From contig OZ024743.1 in assembly GCA_964016885.1 (NCBI GenBank), positions 167,834,001 through 167,898,000 on the forward strand: a DNA stretch of 64,000 nt, in the 5' to 3' direction. Each line of letters begins with the position of its first letter. Positions within the stretch are counted from its first letter, which is position 1. The notes below the pieces were generated by a model. The model saw only the letters and a program-made list of their open reading frames with translations. It did not search any database and had not been told where the DNA came from. The translations under genes were made by a program, and so were the position numbers. Of this stretch, positions 37,027 to 49,106 are shown piece by piece. This DNA comes from Eledone cirrhosa. Lineage: Eukaryota.

Positions 37027-40000
37027 GGGCGATTTACGTAGGAAAACGTTTTATCGTGAGCTCCATAAAAGTTTGTTGTTTTCAGTTGTTTTGAATTGCC
37101 AGTTATGGAAAATGCTTGTTGTTAACTTTTTATAAGTTCATATATATTGCTTTCTGAAAAGGACATTAAATAATATTAGGGCCTTGAGCCCAAACTTTAA
37201 ACTTTATTTTGTCAAACAAACAATTTATTTTTGAAAAAAAATATGGATGGCATTCGTCTCCCCAAATCTAGCCAGCTGTCACATGACAGCGGCTCTAACA
37301 TTCATACTACTTCCACCACCACCACTGTGAATCTTGCTACAATTGCCAAAGCTGATAAAGTTTTCGCTAACACCATCTGCAGCAATAGCAGTCGCCAAAG
37401 TTTGCCTCGTGCAGAGGTAAACTTCCCACCTTTGGTCGATGTCTGCAGGTGTTAAAGCCACCATCTCCACCACCACAATGTCGAAGAGTACATCCAACAT
37501 CACTAATACCACCACCGCCACCACCACCACCACAGTAACAACTGAAACAAAAAATTATCTCGTGATAACAGAATGGATTCTCCCATAATGGATTCTCACA
37601 AAATGGATTCTCCCACATCGAACGCCACTGACACCACCACCACAACCACAGCAACAACTGAAACAAAAAATAATAATAACAAAAATAACAGTAAAAACAA
37701 CAACAACAATATCAGCAACAATAAGAATAACAACAACATAAACACCAGCGTAAAACCAAATGTGTCTTTTGCTAAAGCAGCGAACAAGAACGAAACGATT
37801 GATGTAAACCAGGAAGAACTGAATGAGGCCAGTCGAATGGTGAGGATAAATGGTTACAGGGTCAGCCTCACCCTCACATTAAATACCATGCAGCATCGCC
37901 ACCTATGAACTGGATCATTCCGCACGATCAATATAAAAACTCGCCGAGTGGTGCGGGCATCTTTGGGATATGTGTAGGTTCAAAAGACCAACTTCAAAAA
38001 ACCCACATGTTCTTTGGAATCTCACAGGAAGCCAAAGAGCACTCATTAAAAAGTGACGACTTCACATTCGTCCTTAGCTACTGTGGACAAAACATCGTTA
38101 GAGTAAGGGTGACCCAGGTTCCGCCGGCCATTAACATTCCTGCTGATAGCTACCGTCCTCACCGAGATCGAGGCCGACACAAAAGTGATCGAGGTGTTTA
38201 GAGTAAAACAGGAAAACTGGTCCGGATCTGGAATGGAGATCCTGATCCAAGCGGACCAAAAAACATCCAAGAGATTCCAGAGGTGATAGACCTCGATGAC
38301 GGCAGCCACCTCACCGTAATCGTTGAAGGTAGAAGGTCTAGGTGTGTCGTTTGTGGCGAGGGAACCCACCTAAAGAACTTCTGCCCTCAGGGGATTGCCA
38401 AAAAATTAAGGCCATATCTGCCCACCCCAGTGACTCAACCATCAAAACCACCAGCAGAAATAGCAGCAACAACTGTAGCAGCAGCGACAGCAGCAACTGT
38501 AACAGCAATGGTAGCAGCAACAGCAGCAACGCCTGTGGAAGACATTCCACTCCCGACCTCTCACAACTGGTGAGGGACCGTGACTAGGGCGAGGGGTGGG
38601 AAACTGTATCTGTACAAAAAAGAAGCCAAAAAGAAAAAAAAACAAGAAAGTTAAGACAGCTACACCACCACCCACACAAGCATCACCGGCCCCATCACCA
38701 CAAACACCAACACAATCACCATCATCAACCCCAACACCGCCATCATCAATACCACAAAAAACACCAACAAGTGAAACAGAAACAATCCACAACAAACACA
38801 AACAAAGCAAAGCAGCCAAACCGAAACACACTACACAGCATTAAACTTGAACAATAAGCAATTATTACACGATGTCCTACACATCACCATACTCAACACA
38901 ACATCACATACACAACACTAAAATCAAATTTCCCCAACGACATCGGAGATTTCCGACAAACACTTTCCATGAGGATATATAAAGAAATCCTTCCGGAGGG
39001 GCCTACAATCAGTCAGAAGGACAGAAAAACCATCCTTCCTCCTCAAGAAATGAGGTAAGTGGTCTTTCCAATGTTTTCCCACTCCTTTTCAACATGACCG
39101 TACTCAGAATAGGCAGCATAAATGCGCGTGGCCTGGGGAAGCATGGTCACCTGCTCAACGACCTCAGGACGATGAACATAGATGTGGTAGCCATCAGCGA
39201 GACCAGAATTTGCGAGGCTCATGCCTTCGCACCCATATTTGGCGGTTACGATGTGTACGCATTCTCCAAGCCGGTCGGGATCGGAATGTGCAGTCGCTGT
39301 GTTGTTTCGGACAGACCTGGATCTCGTAATACGGACCATCAGCCTGGACCCAGAAGGGAAGTCGGTGGTGCTGGACGTGACCAGCAGCGAAGGCTATGCT
39401 TTTAGGCTAGTGGCTGTATATGCCCCGACAGGGGTTGACGGCTTGTTTTCTTCAGGCGACTGGAGACCTTCCTAGGAACGCCCGGCTCTTTAATGTTAGT
39501 GGGCAATTGGAACGGAATCTTGGATGCACGGTGGGATTGTGTGGGATTAGCGGATAGGGAAGGAGGGTGTAAAAGCCTCGCAAACCTGCTCAGACATTTC
39601 CAACTGTCCAACTGGATTTCCCGAATGTGCCAATGTGGACATGGACAAACCGCGAGTAATCAGATCGTATCTAGATAGAGTATTTTGTAAGGACATAGAT
39701 AGTTCTAGCATAGGTTGTCCACAATTCAAAGTAGTCGACTATACAGACCACAAATTCGCGACCTGTGTGGTTGACTTAGATAAGCTTCATAGACAGGGAC
39801 CCGGCTACTGGAAGGTAAACATGCTGTTGACAGTGCGCAAAGCCTACAGAGTCTGGATTAGCGAACTAGTTAAGCGGGCGTTGACGGGGGCAATCGTCAA
39901 CGACAAATGATGGTTTGCCCTCAAAAGTGCGATTAGAATGGAGTCCATTGGGTTTTAAGGTTTATTTAACAATAGAGAAAAATAGAGCAGAGAGAGAACT

Positions 40001-42504
40001 AGTTAAAAATTTGACGAGGCGCTTAGTAAAGGCATCGCGACTGAAGTGCTTACGGCGAAATTGGACCTCGACAAATTCTTCAGTGCAAAGCACGAAGGCT
40101 GCCTTGACAGAGCTAGGGCGCTTCACTCAGCTGTTCGGGGCAGTGGTAGTTCGGATCGCAGGATAGTCTTTAGCGTCTACCTCGATGGACTGCCGCGGCT
40201 CTCGGCTAATGAGGCGGAGCGGCGCGAAAATCCGATAACACCCGCTGAAGTACGGGTAGCAATGACTGACTGCACGATGGTTAAATCACCTAGTTTGGAT
40301 GGTCTTCCCCACGAGCTTTACGTACACATGCCAGACTTGTTCAGTGACCTCATGGCGGACGTCTACTGCAACTGGCAGCAAAACGGGAGAATTCCCAGCT
40401 TTGTAAGCCGAGGAACAGTAGCACTGCTGAGAAAGGACCCGAATAAAGGGGACAACAGATAATTTCAGGCCTATAACACAGTTAAACGCAGAGTTGAAGA
40501 TTTTGGCCAAGGTGCTCGCAAAGAGGTTGGCGCTTGTCGTCGGTCGCCATTCCAGACAGATACATCCATGACAACCTCTACCTCATGCGATACATCGGGG
40601 AGAGGGTAGCTTACGAACCTGACACGGGAGGGGCCTTGATCAATTTAGATCAGTCGAGAGCTTTCGATAGTGTCGACCATCGTTATGATGCGGTGGTCCT
40701 AAGGGCGGCCGGCTTTGGGCCAGTCTTCAGAGGCTGGATTGCTGCCATGCACAGTGTCATCGGCTCGATCCGGCAAGGATGACACCTCTCGTGCCTGTTG
40801 TAAGTATTGACTCTCGAGCCATTACTGTACAAACTGGAGAAGTTGAGGGGGGTCCCGCGCGAACTGGGTGGCGGGAGAATCGTGCCAGCATATGCCGACG
40901 ACGTCACCGTAGTGGTGTTGAGAGCCAAACACATCGAGGCGATAGGCACTGCACTAAGAGAATGCGAGGCGGTGACAGGAGCAATGATCAACCAGGAAAA
41001 GTCGGTGGGCCTGCAGCTCGGCATCTGGAGAGGCAGGTCCATGCAGTCCCACAGCATCGTTGGGCGCTGGACGGACGGACCGGTTAAATTGCTAGGGTCT
41101 GGTTCGGTCCGGACCTCCAGACGGACAAAAACTGGGACGAGGTGACGAGCAGGGTGGCCTCTCTCATCCAGAAATGGGCCGAAAGGAAGCTCTCCCTGAA
41201 AGGTCGAGTGGAGGTGGCGAACGCGTACATCGCATCCCTCATCTACTACCGCCTGACCGTCGTGCCTTGTCCTAATCCTCGCCTGACTGCGTTGGGCGTT
41301 TGCTCTTTCGCTTTTCGTGGAAGGGACGTGATCCGATGGTCAGGCGGTCCATCTGCTGTCAACACCCGCTACGTGGAGGGCTGAGCATGCCGTGGCTGAT
41401 GATGCCCAGACACGCGCTCAGGCTACGACATATCCACCTCTTCCTCGACGGTGATCAGGTGATGTTGCCGTTTGCTAGACGCGTGTTTCCCAGCTTGTCT
41501 CCTTGACGGAGCTGCAGTCCTGTGTCAAGCGAAGACCGAAAGGGAACGCTTGGAGACTGGAATGTCTTCAGGCGCTCACAGCCCTCGACCAGTCGGGAAA
41601 TATCATCGGTGGAAACTCCACCTTGGCGTTCTATAGAGGATTAGTGGAGGGGAAGAGCGGCGACGTACTTTGGGAAACTCTAGGCGTCGACGAAAATCAA
41701 CTAATCAATCTCTTCGGAAGAACTTTCAGGCCGGGGCCTATGGACAACTTCCAGAAATCCCTGGCCTGGCAGTGCTACCGAGGAGCTTTGCCAGTTCGGG
41801 ATAAACTCTACAGGCATGGAGGTGCCGTCAGCCGGGCATGTCCGAGATGTGCGCAGGGCGACAAAACCGTCCTGCACGCACTCGTCCAGTGTCCTAGCAT
41901 TGCTGACTTTTGGATTTATGTCGAACACCTGCTGTCGCGTGTAGGACGGATCCGGCTATCAGCTGAGTCCATCGTGAGGATTTCCCGACCCTCTTCCTTT
42001 AGTCGAGAAGGTCAGGCAATTTTTATCTGTCTGGTGGCCATGGCGAAAGAGATAGTATGGTGGACGAAGTATGGCTGAAGACGAGCACTTACCTCTTCGG
42101 TGATGCCCTGATTAACTTTTTCAAATTTCATTTGAAAAGGAAAATCAGGGTAGAGAGGGAAGTGCTCTCTTCCCAGCATTTTGTTGAAAGATGGGTGAGA
42201 GAGGCAAGTATGAGTCGTGTGAATGGGCCTACTCTGTGTATGTGCCTGTAAATTGAAGGTGGAAAACTGGGAGAGGGCACTTGCCCTGGTTGTCAGGGTC
42301 ACTGTGGATTTTTTAATGGACTTTCTCACGATGGTCCCTCGGAAGTCTCCCTCCTATTGGGGAATTTTTCATTGTTTCTTTTTTGTTATATCCTCTGTTT
42401 TTGTTTTTTTACACGCAGAAATGCCCATTTGTACCTTCCTGTATCGTCCTGTATTGTCCTTAATGTCTTACTTTGTATAAACCCTTGTGGTTAATAAAGA
42501 AATC
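37027..42504 (+). mobile_element. Tx1/L1-clade LINE copy 1, full length, decayed with internal deletions
   Basis: ORF1 knuckle CVVCGEGTHLKNFC. ORF2 runs from 39094 (IGSINARGL, AISETR) through YADD to ~42250. It ends aataaagaaatc+(ATT)n and starts directly after the SINE ATT tail. Confidence 0.92.
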
Positions 42505-42528
42505 ATTATTATTATTATTACTATTATT

Positions 42529-43097
42529 GAACGCCATGGTTGACGGTGGCTCGGCTCTGTAAGGTATTGTAATTGTTAACCGTTATAACAATTGTAAATT
42601 AGATAAAGACACCTTCCCCCTCGTGAGCGGAGTCTTTCTGCCTGTCATTTGGCCCTTCGTGGTTAAATAACTAGTTATTGAGGATTTGTGCCCAATATTC
42701 ATTTTTAAACCGTAAAAAAACATGGTTACAAAAAAGAATTTTCACAAGTCACTCCCACTCCTTCCGTCTTCCTCCTCCCCAATCGTCATTACGTCAGAGA
42801 AAAGATTGGCTCTCTCCCTCCCTTCTCTAAATGTGGTGCCGCCACTGTCGCCCCTTTCGCAAGCGACGCCATTAAAGTAAAAGGAAAATGTAGTTTCTCG
42901 TAGCGTTCTTCATCAAGAGAACGCGCGTACCGTGGAACATTTCTCCACGACGACGACGACAACAACGAAAGATGTGTGCGGTAAATACGGAAAGCCATTT
43001 CATTCGTCTGACGTCATGAAGAATAGCAGCAGCAGCAACAGTGGCGAGGAAAATACTCGTAGCAGCCACAACAACATCAGAGCAGCATAAACAACAA

Positions 43098-43145
<48 letters not shown>

Positions 43146-46080
43146 AAACAACAACAACAGCTGCAGCAACAGCAACAACAACAACAACAGCGGCGGCGAT
43201 CGTAGTACCAGCAGCAACAACAAAAGTAATAGCAGCTCTGACGACAACAACAACAATAAAGAAAAACCAATCTCGTTTCCAAGTATCGCAAAGAACCTGG
43301 AAACCATCTTTATAACAAATGAGGAATTACAGGAAGCATGGAAGATGGTGACGAAAACCGGACACCGAGCAATCTGCAAAGCAGCCGAATAATTTTTCGA
43401 AACCCAACAGCACTGTACGGTCACGTACCGTACAGTAAGCACAAAATCACGTTGGGTTGAAAGAGCCACAGAGGCTCAAATACAAAAAAAGCCTTAGGGT
43501 CAGTGTGGCAGCGGAAAACGCATATCACCGGAGGGAAGAAATATGCCAACGTATGCAAGGTCTCAATCCTTAGTAACCCTAAGGAGCGAGGAAATGGTGT
43601 TGGTTCCCTCCTACTGCGGGCAAAAAATTGTGAGGGTCAAACCGACCCAAGTCCCCCCCGGGATGGCCCTTCTTGGCTGGCCGCGTCTGTTCTCGTCGGA
43701 ATCGAGGACAAAACAACCGTACTGCAAGTACAGAAAAAGTACGAGAAGATTGGGTCGGCGCCTCCATTGACATGTTAATTCAAACCAACCAGGAGTGCAT
43801 CGAAGCTATCCCGGATGTGATAGACTTCGATAACGGCACTCAACTTCCCAGAAGCGTTGAGGGCAAACGCCCGAAATTCTTTCGCTGTGGGTCGAAGACT
43901 CACCTAAGAGCCTTCTGCAATGAGAAGACCCTGAGAAAGGAGAAAACACCCCTCCTACCGAAACCGGTTCCACTGCTACCAGCAACAGGACAGGCGGCAA
44001 GCAGGAAAGATAGGTCCGTGGCACCCATACCCACGCCACGGAAATCAAGAACAGCAGCAGCAGTGGAAGTATTAACAACAACAACAGTAATACCAACTGC
44101 AGCTGCAACAAAGACTTCACTGCAACCATCACCAACAACAACAAGTGAAACAGTGGAGCTGGTACCCCTCCACGACTTCACAGAATCGGACATGGAGTAT
44201 GAGGTGGGAGAGGGATGGCAAAAGGACGCACGAAGGCATAAACGCAGAAGCAGCGCATCGTCGCCTTCGAAAAGGGAGGGAAGAAATGAAAAAAGGGTGA
44301 AGGCTACTGTAAAGAGACTTACAGCAGCAACAACTGCAACACCATCACCACCCGCACCAGCACTATCATCACCACCGGTGGCAAGTCGAACCACCAACAA
44401 CAACAACACCTTCAACAACACCCCCACAAGCACCAACATCGCAAACACAACAAAACACACACACCCAGCAACAACGACAAGAAAATAGCAGAACCACACC
44501 CCACCCCCAGAAACAGAAATGCAATTACTGCAATAAATACACACAATAAATACACACAAGAAACTAATGACTTACATAATTGAACACACAGACATTTCAC
44601 AGCACGATTACATAATACCAGCACCAATGAAAACACCAACGAACATAAGACTGGTAAGAATATCACAGAAACAATACACAAACATTAAATGAAATTCCCC
44701 AACGCAGTTGGTGATTTCAGAGACCTAGGAGGGACACTCAACCGGAGAGTATACTCGGATATACTCACAGAAGAACCGACGACCAGCCGAAGGGACGATT
44801 CAACGGTCCCTTCATCAGACGATCAAGGTAAGTGATCCTTTCTCACTTGTCCCGTTCCTCACCCAGCATGGCCGTATTCAGGATCGGACGTGTAAACGTG
44901 CGTGGCTTGAGCACGGTTTGGAAGCAGGGTCACTTGCTTAACGACCTCAGGTCACTAATTATAGATCTGGTGGCCATCAGCGAGACGAGACTCTCCGAAA
45001 CGCAAGCTTTCGCACCGATCTTCGGCGGTTACGAGGTGTACGCATCTCCGAGCCGTCCGGGAGAGGGGGGCGGAGTGGCTGTGTTGTTTCGGAAAGGCTT
45101 GGTTCTCGCCATACGGACCATCTTCCTGGACCCAGTAGGTATGTCGGTGGTGCTCGCACTGAAGGCAACGCTTTCAGGCTAGTAGCCGTCTATGCCCCGA
45201 CAGGGACAGGACGGCCAGATTTCTTCAGACGTCTAGAGACCTTTCTTGGAACGTCTCGCTCTTTAGTGTTAGTGGGTGACTGGAACGGTATCTTGGATGC
45301 ACGCTGGGATTGTGTGGTGCTAGTGAATAGGGGAGGAGGGTGCAAGAGCCTCACCAACCTGATCAGACGTTTTAAACTGTCTGACAGCTATCGACTGGAT
45401 CACCCGAATGCTCCAATGTGGACATGGACAAAACGCATCGGGTCATACAGATCGTATCTCGATAGGGTATTCTGCAGAGAACTAGATAAGGCTAGTATAA
45501 GTTGTCCACAATTTAAAATAGTCGACTACACAGACCACAAATTTGTGATCTGTGAGATCGACATAGACAGACTTCATAGACAAAGACCCGGTTACTGGAA
45601 GCTGAACGCGTCTTTCCCGGCGCGCAAAGCCTACAGAAACCGGATTAGCGTATCAGTCAAGCGGGCGTTGACGGGAGCGGACGTCAACAATAGGTGGTGG
45701 TTCGCCTGAAAAGGGCTATTAAAGTAGAGTCGATTAGGTTTAGCAAAGGACTAGTGATAGAGGAAAATAGAGTAGAGGGTGAGCTAGTCAGAAAGCTAGA
45801 AGAGGCGTTTATGACAGGCATCGCAACCGAGGTGCTTGCGGCGAGAATGGCACTTGACCAATTCTACAACGCAAAACATGAAGGCTGCGTTGTAAGAGCT
45901 AGAGCTCGTGCTCTGAAACACGAGGGGAAAAAGACGTCCAATGGGCCCGGGTGACAGAGGAGCGACGTGGCAACAAAGCCACAATTCGGTCTTTATCTGA
46001 CCAAAACGGGCGCGTGTTGCTCGAAGCCGAGCAGATGTGTGAAGCTTTTCAGCAGCACTTTGCTGAACTGTTCGGGAGCT
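42529..46080 (+). mobile_element. Tx1/L1-clade LINE copy 2, 3'-deleted (ORF1 plus APE domain only)
   Basis: The 5' UTR and ORF1 closely resemble copy 3. ORF2 starts at 44868 and ends abruptly after FQQHFAELFG. Preceded by (ATT)n. Confidence 0.9.
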
Positions 46081-46185
46081 CCGTCTTCCGCCTCCGATGC
46101 GTGTTCCGCCGTTAAGGCGTGCCCAGTTGGCCGCCTCCGACCCGTGTGGCTGCAGTGGAATCCAGCCGATGTCGACGCCCGGATA

Positions 46186-46758
46186 TTAGCATTCTTTCTG
46201 TAGCCTTTTTAAGGTCTCCTCTTTTCAACCAGTTCCATGTCTGTGGATCTCTGAATTCAGTTTTCTCAAAGAAGGTACTATGAAGGGATTTTTCCTGAAG
46301 GCTGCTCTTTCTCCTTGTTGTTATTTCCTCCTTGGACATCCCCTGGTCTATTGTCCTCTCCTTCAGTACAATTCTGAGCATTGGCTCCTTACTATTAGTC
46401 ACGTATTTGTGTAGGTTGTTTTTCCCATCTGAACACAGTCCTCTATGCTGATAAGACCTCTTCCACCTTCAGATCTCTTTAAGTAGAGTCTATCGACATC
46501 ACTCCTCTTGTGGAACATGTTGTAGATAGTCAATAGCTTCCTAGTCTTCCTATCCATTTCTTTTTGTTCAGCAACATTCCATTTCAGAATTCCCGCACTG
46601 TACCTAATAATAAACACAGCTCGGGAATTCACTGCACTTATGACATTCCTACTATTTAGAAGTGATTTTAATACGCTCCTAACTCTCCTAATGTACTCAG
46701 ATCTTATCAACTCCTTCATTTTTTTGTTCTTGATGTCATCAGCCTTCAGAACACCCAA
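46186..46758 (-). pseudogene. Internal fragment of the Dong/R4-type LINE, 5'-truncated at a (TAA)n tract
   Basis: Closely matches ~53525-54100 (LGVL.AD.IKNKKMKEL...RSDVDRLYL.RSEGGRGLISIEDC). Confidence 0.9.
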
Positions 46759-47000
46759 ATTATTATTATTATTATTATTATTATTGAATGCCATGGTTGA
46801 CGGAGGCTCGGCTCTGTAAGGTATAGTAATTTTTAACCGTTAAAACAATTGTAAATTGTTTAAAACTTGAACCAAATTGTTGATAAAGACACCCTCCTCC
46901 TCGTGAGAGGGGTCTTTCTGTCCGTTATTTGGCCCTTCGGGGTTAAATAACCAGTTATTGGGGTTTTGTACCCAATATTCATTTTAAACAAAAAAACAAC

Positions 47001-49013
47001 ATGGCTACGAAAAAAAAATGTCATACGTCACTCCCACTCATTCCGTCTTCTTCTTCCTCAATCATCACCACAGCAGAGAGAAGATTGTCTCTCTCCCTCC
47101 CTTCTTTAAATGTGTCTCTCTCCCTCCCTTCTCTTTCGCAAGTGACGAAAGAAAAGAAAAGTCTCGTGCAAAGCGTGCAAGGTTTCTCCACGACGACGAC
47201 GACAGCGACGAAACAGGTGTGCGGGAAATACGAAAACCCAGTTCATTCGTCTGACGTCAGGAATAATAGCAGTAGCAGCCGTAATAACAACAGCAACAGT
47301 GACAATGAAAACAACAGTAGCAGCCGCAACAGCATCACCAGCAGCATAAACAACAACAGCATTAGCAGCAGCAACACCAACAACAACCACAGCAACAGCG
47401 GCGGAGGCAGTAGTCGTAGTACTTGCAGCAACAACAAAAGTACCAGCAGCTCTGACGACAACAACAACAGCAGAGAAAAACCAATCTCATTTGCAGGTAT
47501 TGCGAAAAACTTGGAAACAATCCTCATAACAAATGAGGAATTAGAGGAAGCGAAAAAGATGGTGACAAAGAACGGACACCGAGCAATCTGCAAGGCAGCG
47601 GAAAAATTTTTCGAAACCCAAGAGCACTGTACGGTCACGTACCGTACAGTAAGTACAAAATCCCGTAGGGTGGAAAGAGCAACAGAGGCCCAAATACAAA
47701 AAGCCTTGGGGTCTGTGTGGCAGCGGAAAACGCACATCACCCGAGGCAAAAAATATGCCACCGTAGACGTACTTTTTGCCACACCCCAGGAGGCAAAGGC
47801 CCAATCAGTAGTGACCCTAAGGAGCGAGGAAATGGTGTTGGTGCCCTCCTACTGCGGGCAAAAAATTGTGAGGGTCAAACTGACCCACGTCCCCCCCGGA
47901 ATGACCCCTTCTTGGCTGGCCGCGTCTGTCCTCGTCGGAATCGAGGACAAAACAACTGTACTGCAAGTACAGAAAAAAGTAAGAGAAGATTGGGTCGGCT
48001 CCTCCATTGAGATGCTAATCCAAACCAACCAGGAGTGCATCGAAGCTATCCCGGATGTGATAGACTTCGATAACGGCACTCAACTGCCCATAAGTGTTGA
48101 GGGCAAACGCCCGAAATGCTTTCGCTGTGGATCGAAGATTCACTTCAGGGCCTTCTGCAACGAGAAGACCCTGAGAAAGGAGAAAACCCCCCTCCTTCCG
48201 AATCCGGCTCCACGGCTACCAGCAACAGGACAAGCGGCAACCAGGAACGATAGGCCCGTGGCACCCATACCCACTCCACGGAAATCAAAAACAGCAGCAG
48301 CAGTGGAAATATTAACAACAACAACAGCAATACCAAATGCAGCTGCAACAGAGACTCCAGTGCAAACATCACCAACAACAACAAGTGAAAGAGTGGAGCT
48401 GGTACCCCTCCCCGACCTCACAGAATCAGACATGGAGTGTGAGGTGGGAGAGGGATGGCAAAAGGTCGTAAGAAGGCACAAACGCAGAAGCAGCGCATCG
48501 TCGCCTTTGAAAAGGGAGGAAAGAAATGAGAAAAGGGTAAAGTCTACTGCAAAGAGACCCACAGCAGCAACAACACCAACACCATCACCACCCACACTAG
48601 CACCACCATCACCACCGGCGACAACCCCACCGCCAACAACACCTTCAACACCACCACCACAAGCACCAACATCGCAAACACAACAACAAAACACACACAC
48701 CCAGCAACAACGACAAGAAAATAGCAGAACCACACCTCAACCCCAGAAAAACAAATGCACGGCAATAAATACACACAACAAGAAACTAATGACTTACATA
48801 ATTGAACACACAGACATTTCACAACAGGACTACATAATACCAGCACCAATCAAAACGCCAACTAACATAAGACTGCTAAAAATAGCACAGAAACAATACA
48901 CAAACATTAAAACGAAATTCCCCAACGCAGTTGGTGATTTCAGGGACCTAGGAGGAACCATCAATCGAAGAGTATATTCAGACATTCTCTTAGAAGAGCC
49001 GACGATCAAGTGA
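47001..49013 (+). CDS. Tx1 ORF1 (gag-like nucleic-acid-binding protein, 670 aa)
   Basis: Open 670-aa frame with an N/S-rich low-complexity N-terminus, a CX2CX4HX4C knuckle (CFRCGSKIHFRAFC) and a P/T-rich tail; homologous to ORF1 of the other copies. Confidence 0.88.
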   Translation: MATKKKCHTSLPLIPSSSSSIITTAERRLSLSLPSLNVSLSLPSLSQVTKEKKSLVQSVQGFSTTTTTATKQVCGKYENPVHSSDVRNNSSSSRNNNSNSDNENNSSSRNSITSSINNNSISSSNTNNNHSNSGGGSSRSTCSNNKSTSSSDDNNNSREKPISFAGIAKNLETILITNEELEEAKKMVTKNGHRAICKAAEKFFETQEHCTVTYRTVSTKSRRVERATEAQIQKALGSVWQRKTHITRGKKYATVDVLFATPQEAKAQSVVTLRSEEMVLVPSYCGQKIVRVKLTHVPPGMTPSWLAASVLVGIEDKTTVLQVQKKVREDWVGSSIEMLIQTNQECIEAIPDVIDFDNGTQLPISVEGKRPKCFRCGSKIHFRAFCNEKTLRKEKTPLLPNPAPRLPATGQAATRNDRPVAPIPTPRKSKTAAAVEILTTTTAIPNAAATETPVQTSPTTTSERVELVPLPDLTESDMECEVGEGWQKVVRRHKRRSSASSPLKREERNEKRVKSTAKRPTAATTPTPSPPTLAPPSPPATTPPPTTPSTPPPQAPTSQTQQQNTHTQQQRQENSRTTPQPQKNKCTAINTHNKKLMTYIIEHTDISQQDYIIPAPIKTPTNIRLLKIAQKQYTNIKTKFPNAVGDFRDLGGTINRRVYSDILLEEPTIK

Positions 49014-49052
49014 AAAGGGATGTAAAAACCATCCCTCCTCTACCAAAAGTAC

Positions 49053-49106
49053 GGTAAGTGGTCTTTCCCATCTTTTCCACTCTATTTTAAACATGACCTC
49101 ACTCAG
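49053..49106 (+). promoter_or_regulatory. Conserved inter-ORF splice-donor-like motif G|GTAAGT with pyrimidine tract and CAG; also at 39054, 44827, 60301 and 32499(-)
   Basis: A perfect 5' splice-site consensus lies 39-44 nt upstream of the ORF2 ATG in all five Tx1 copies. Function is inferred. Confidence 0.6.

Noticed and set aside
42872-43469. Poly-Cys, poly-Leu and poly-Gln ORFs
   Set aside because: They are alternative frames of the CAG/CAA tract inside Tx1 ORF1.
46895-46910. HDV-like ribozyme suggested by TCCTCGT in the Tx1 5' UTR
   Set aside because: The motif lies in a simple hairpin, and I could not build P1, P1.1 or P2 of a double pseudoknot.
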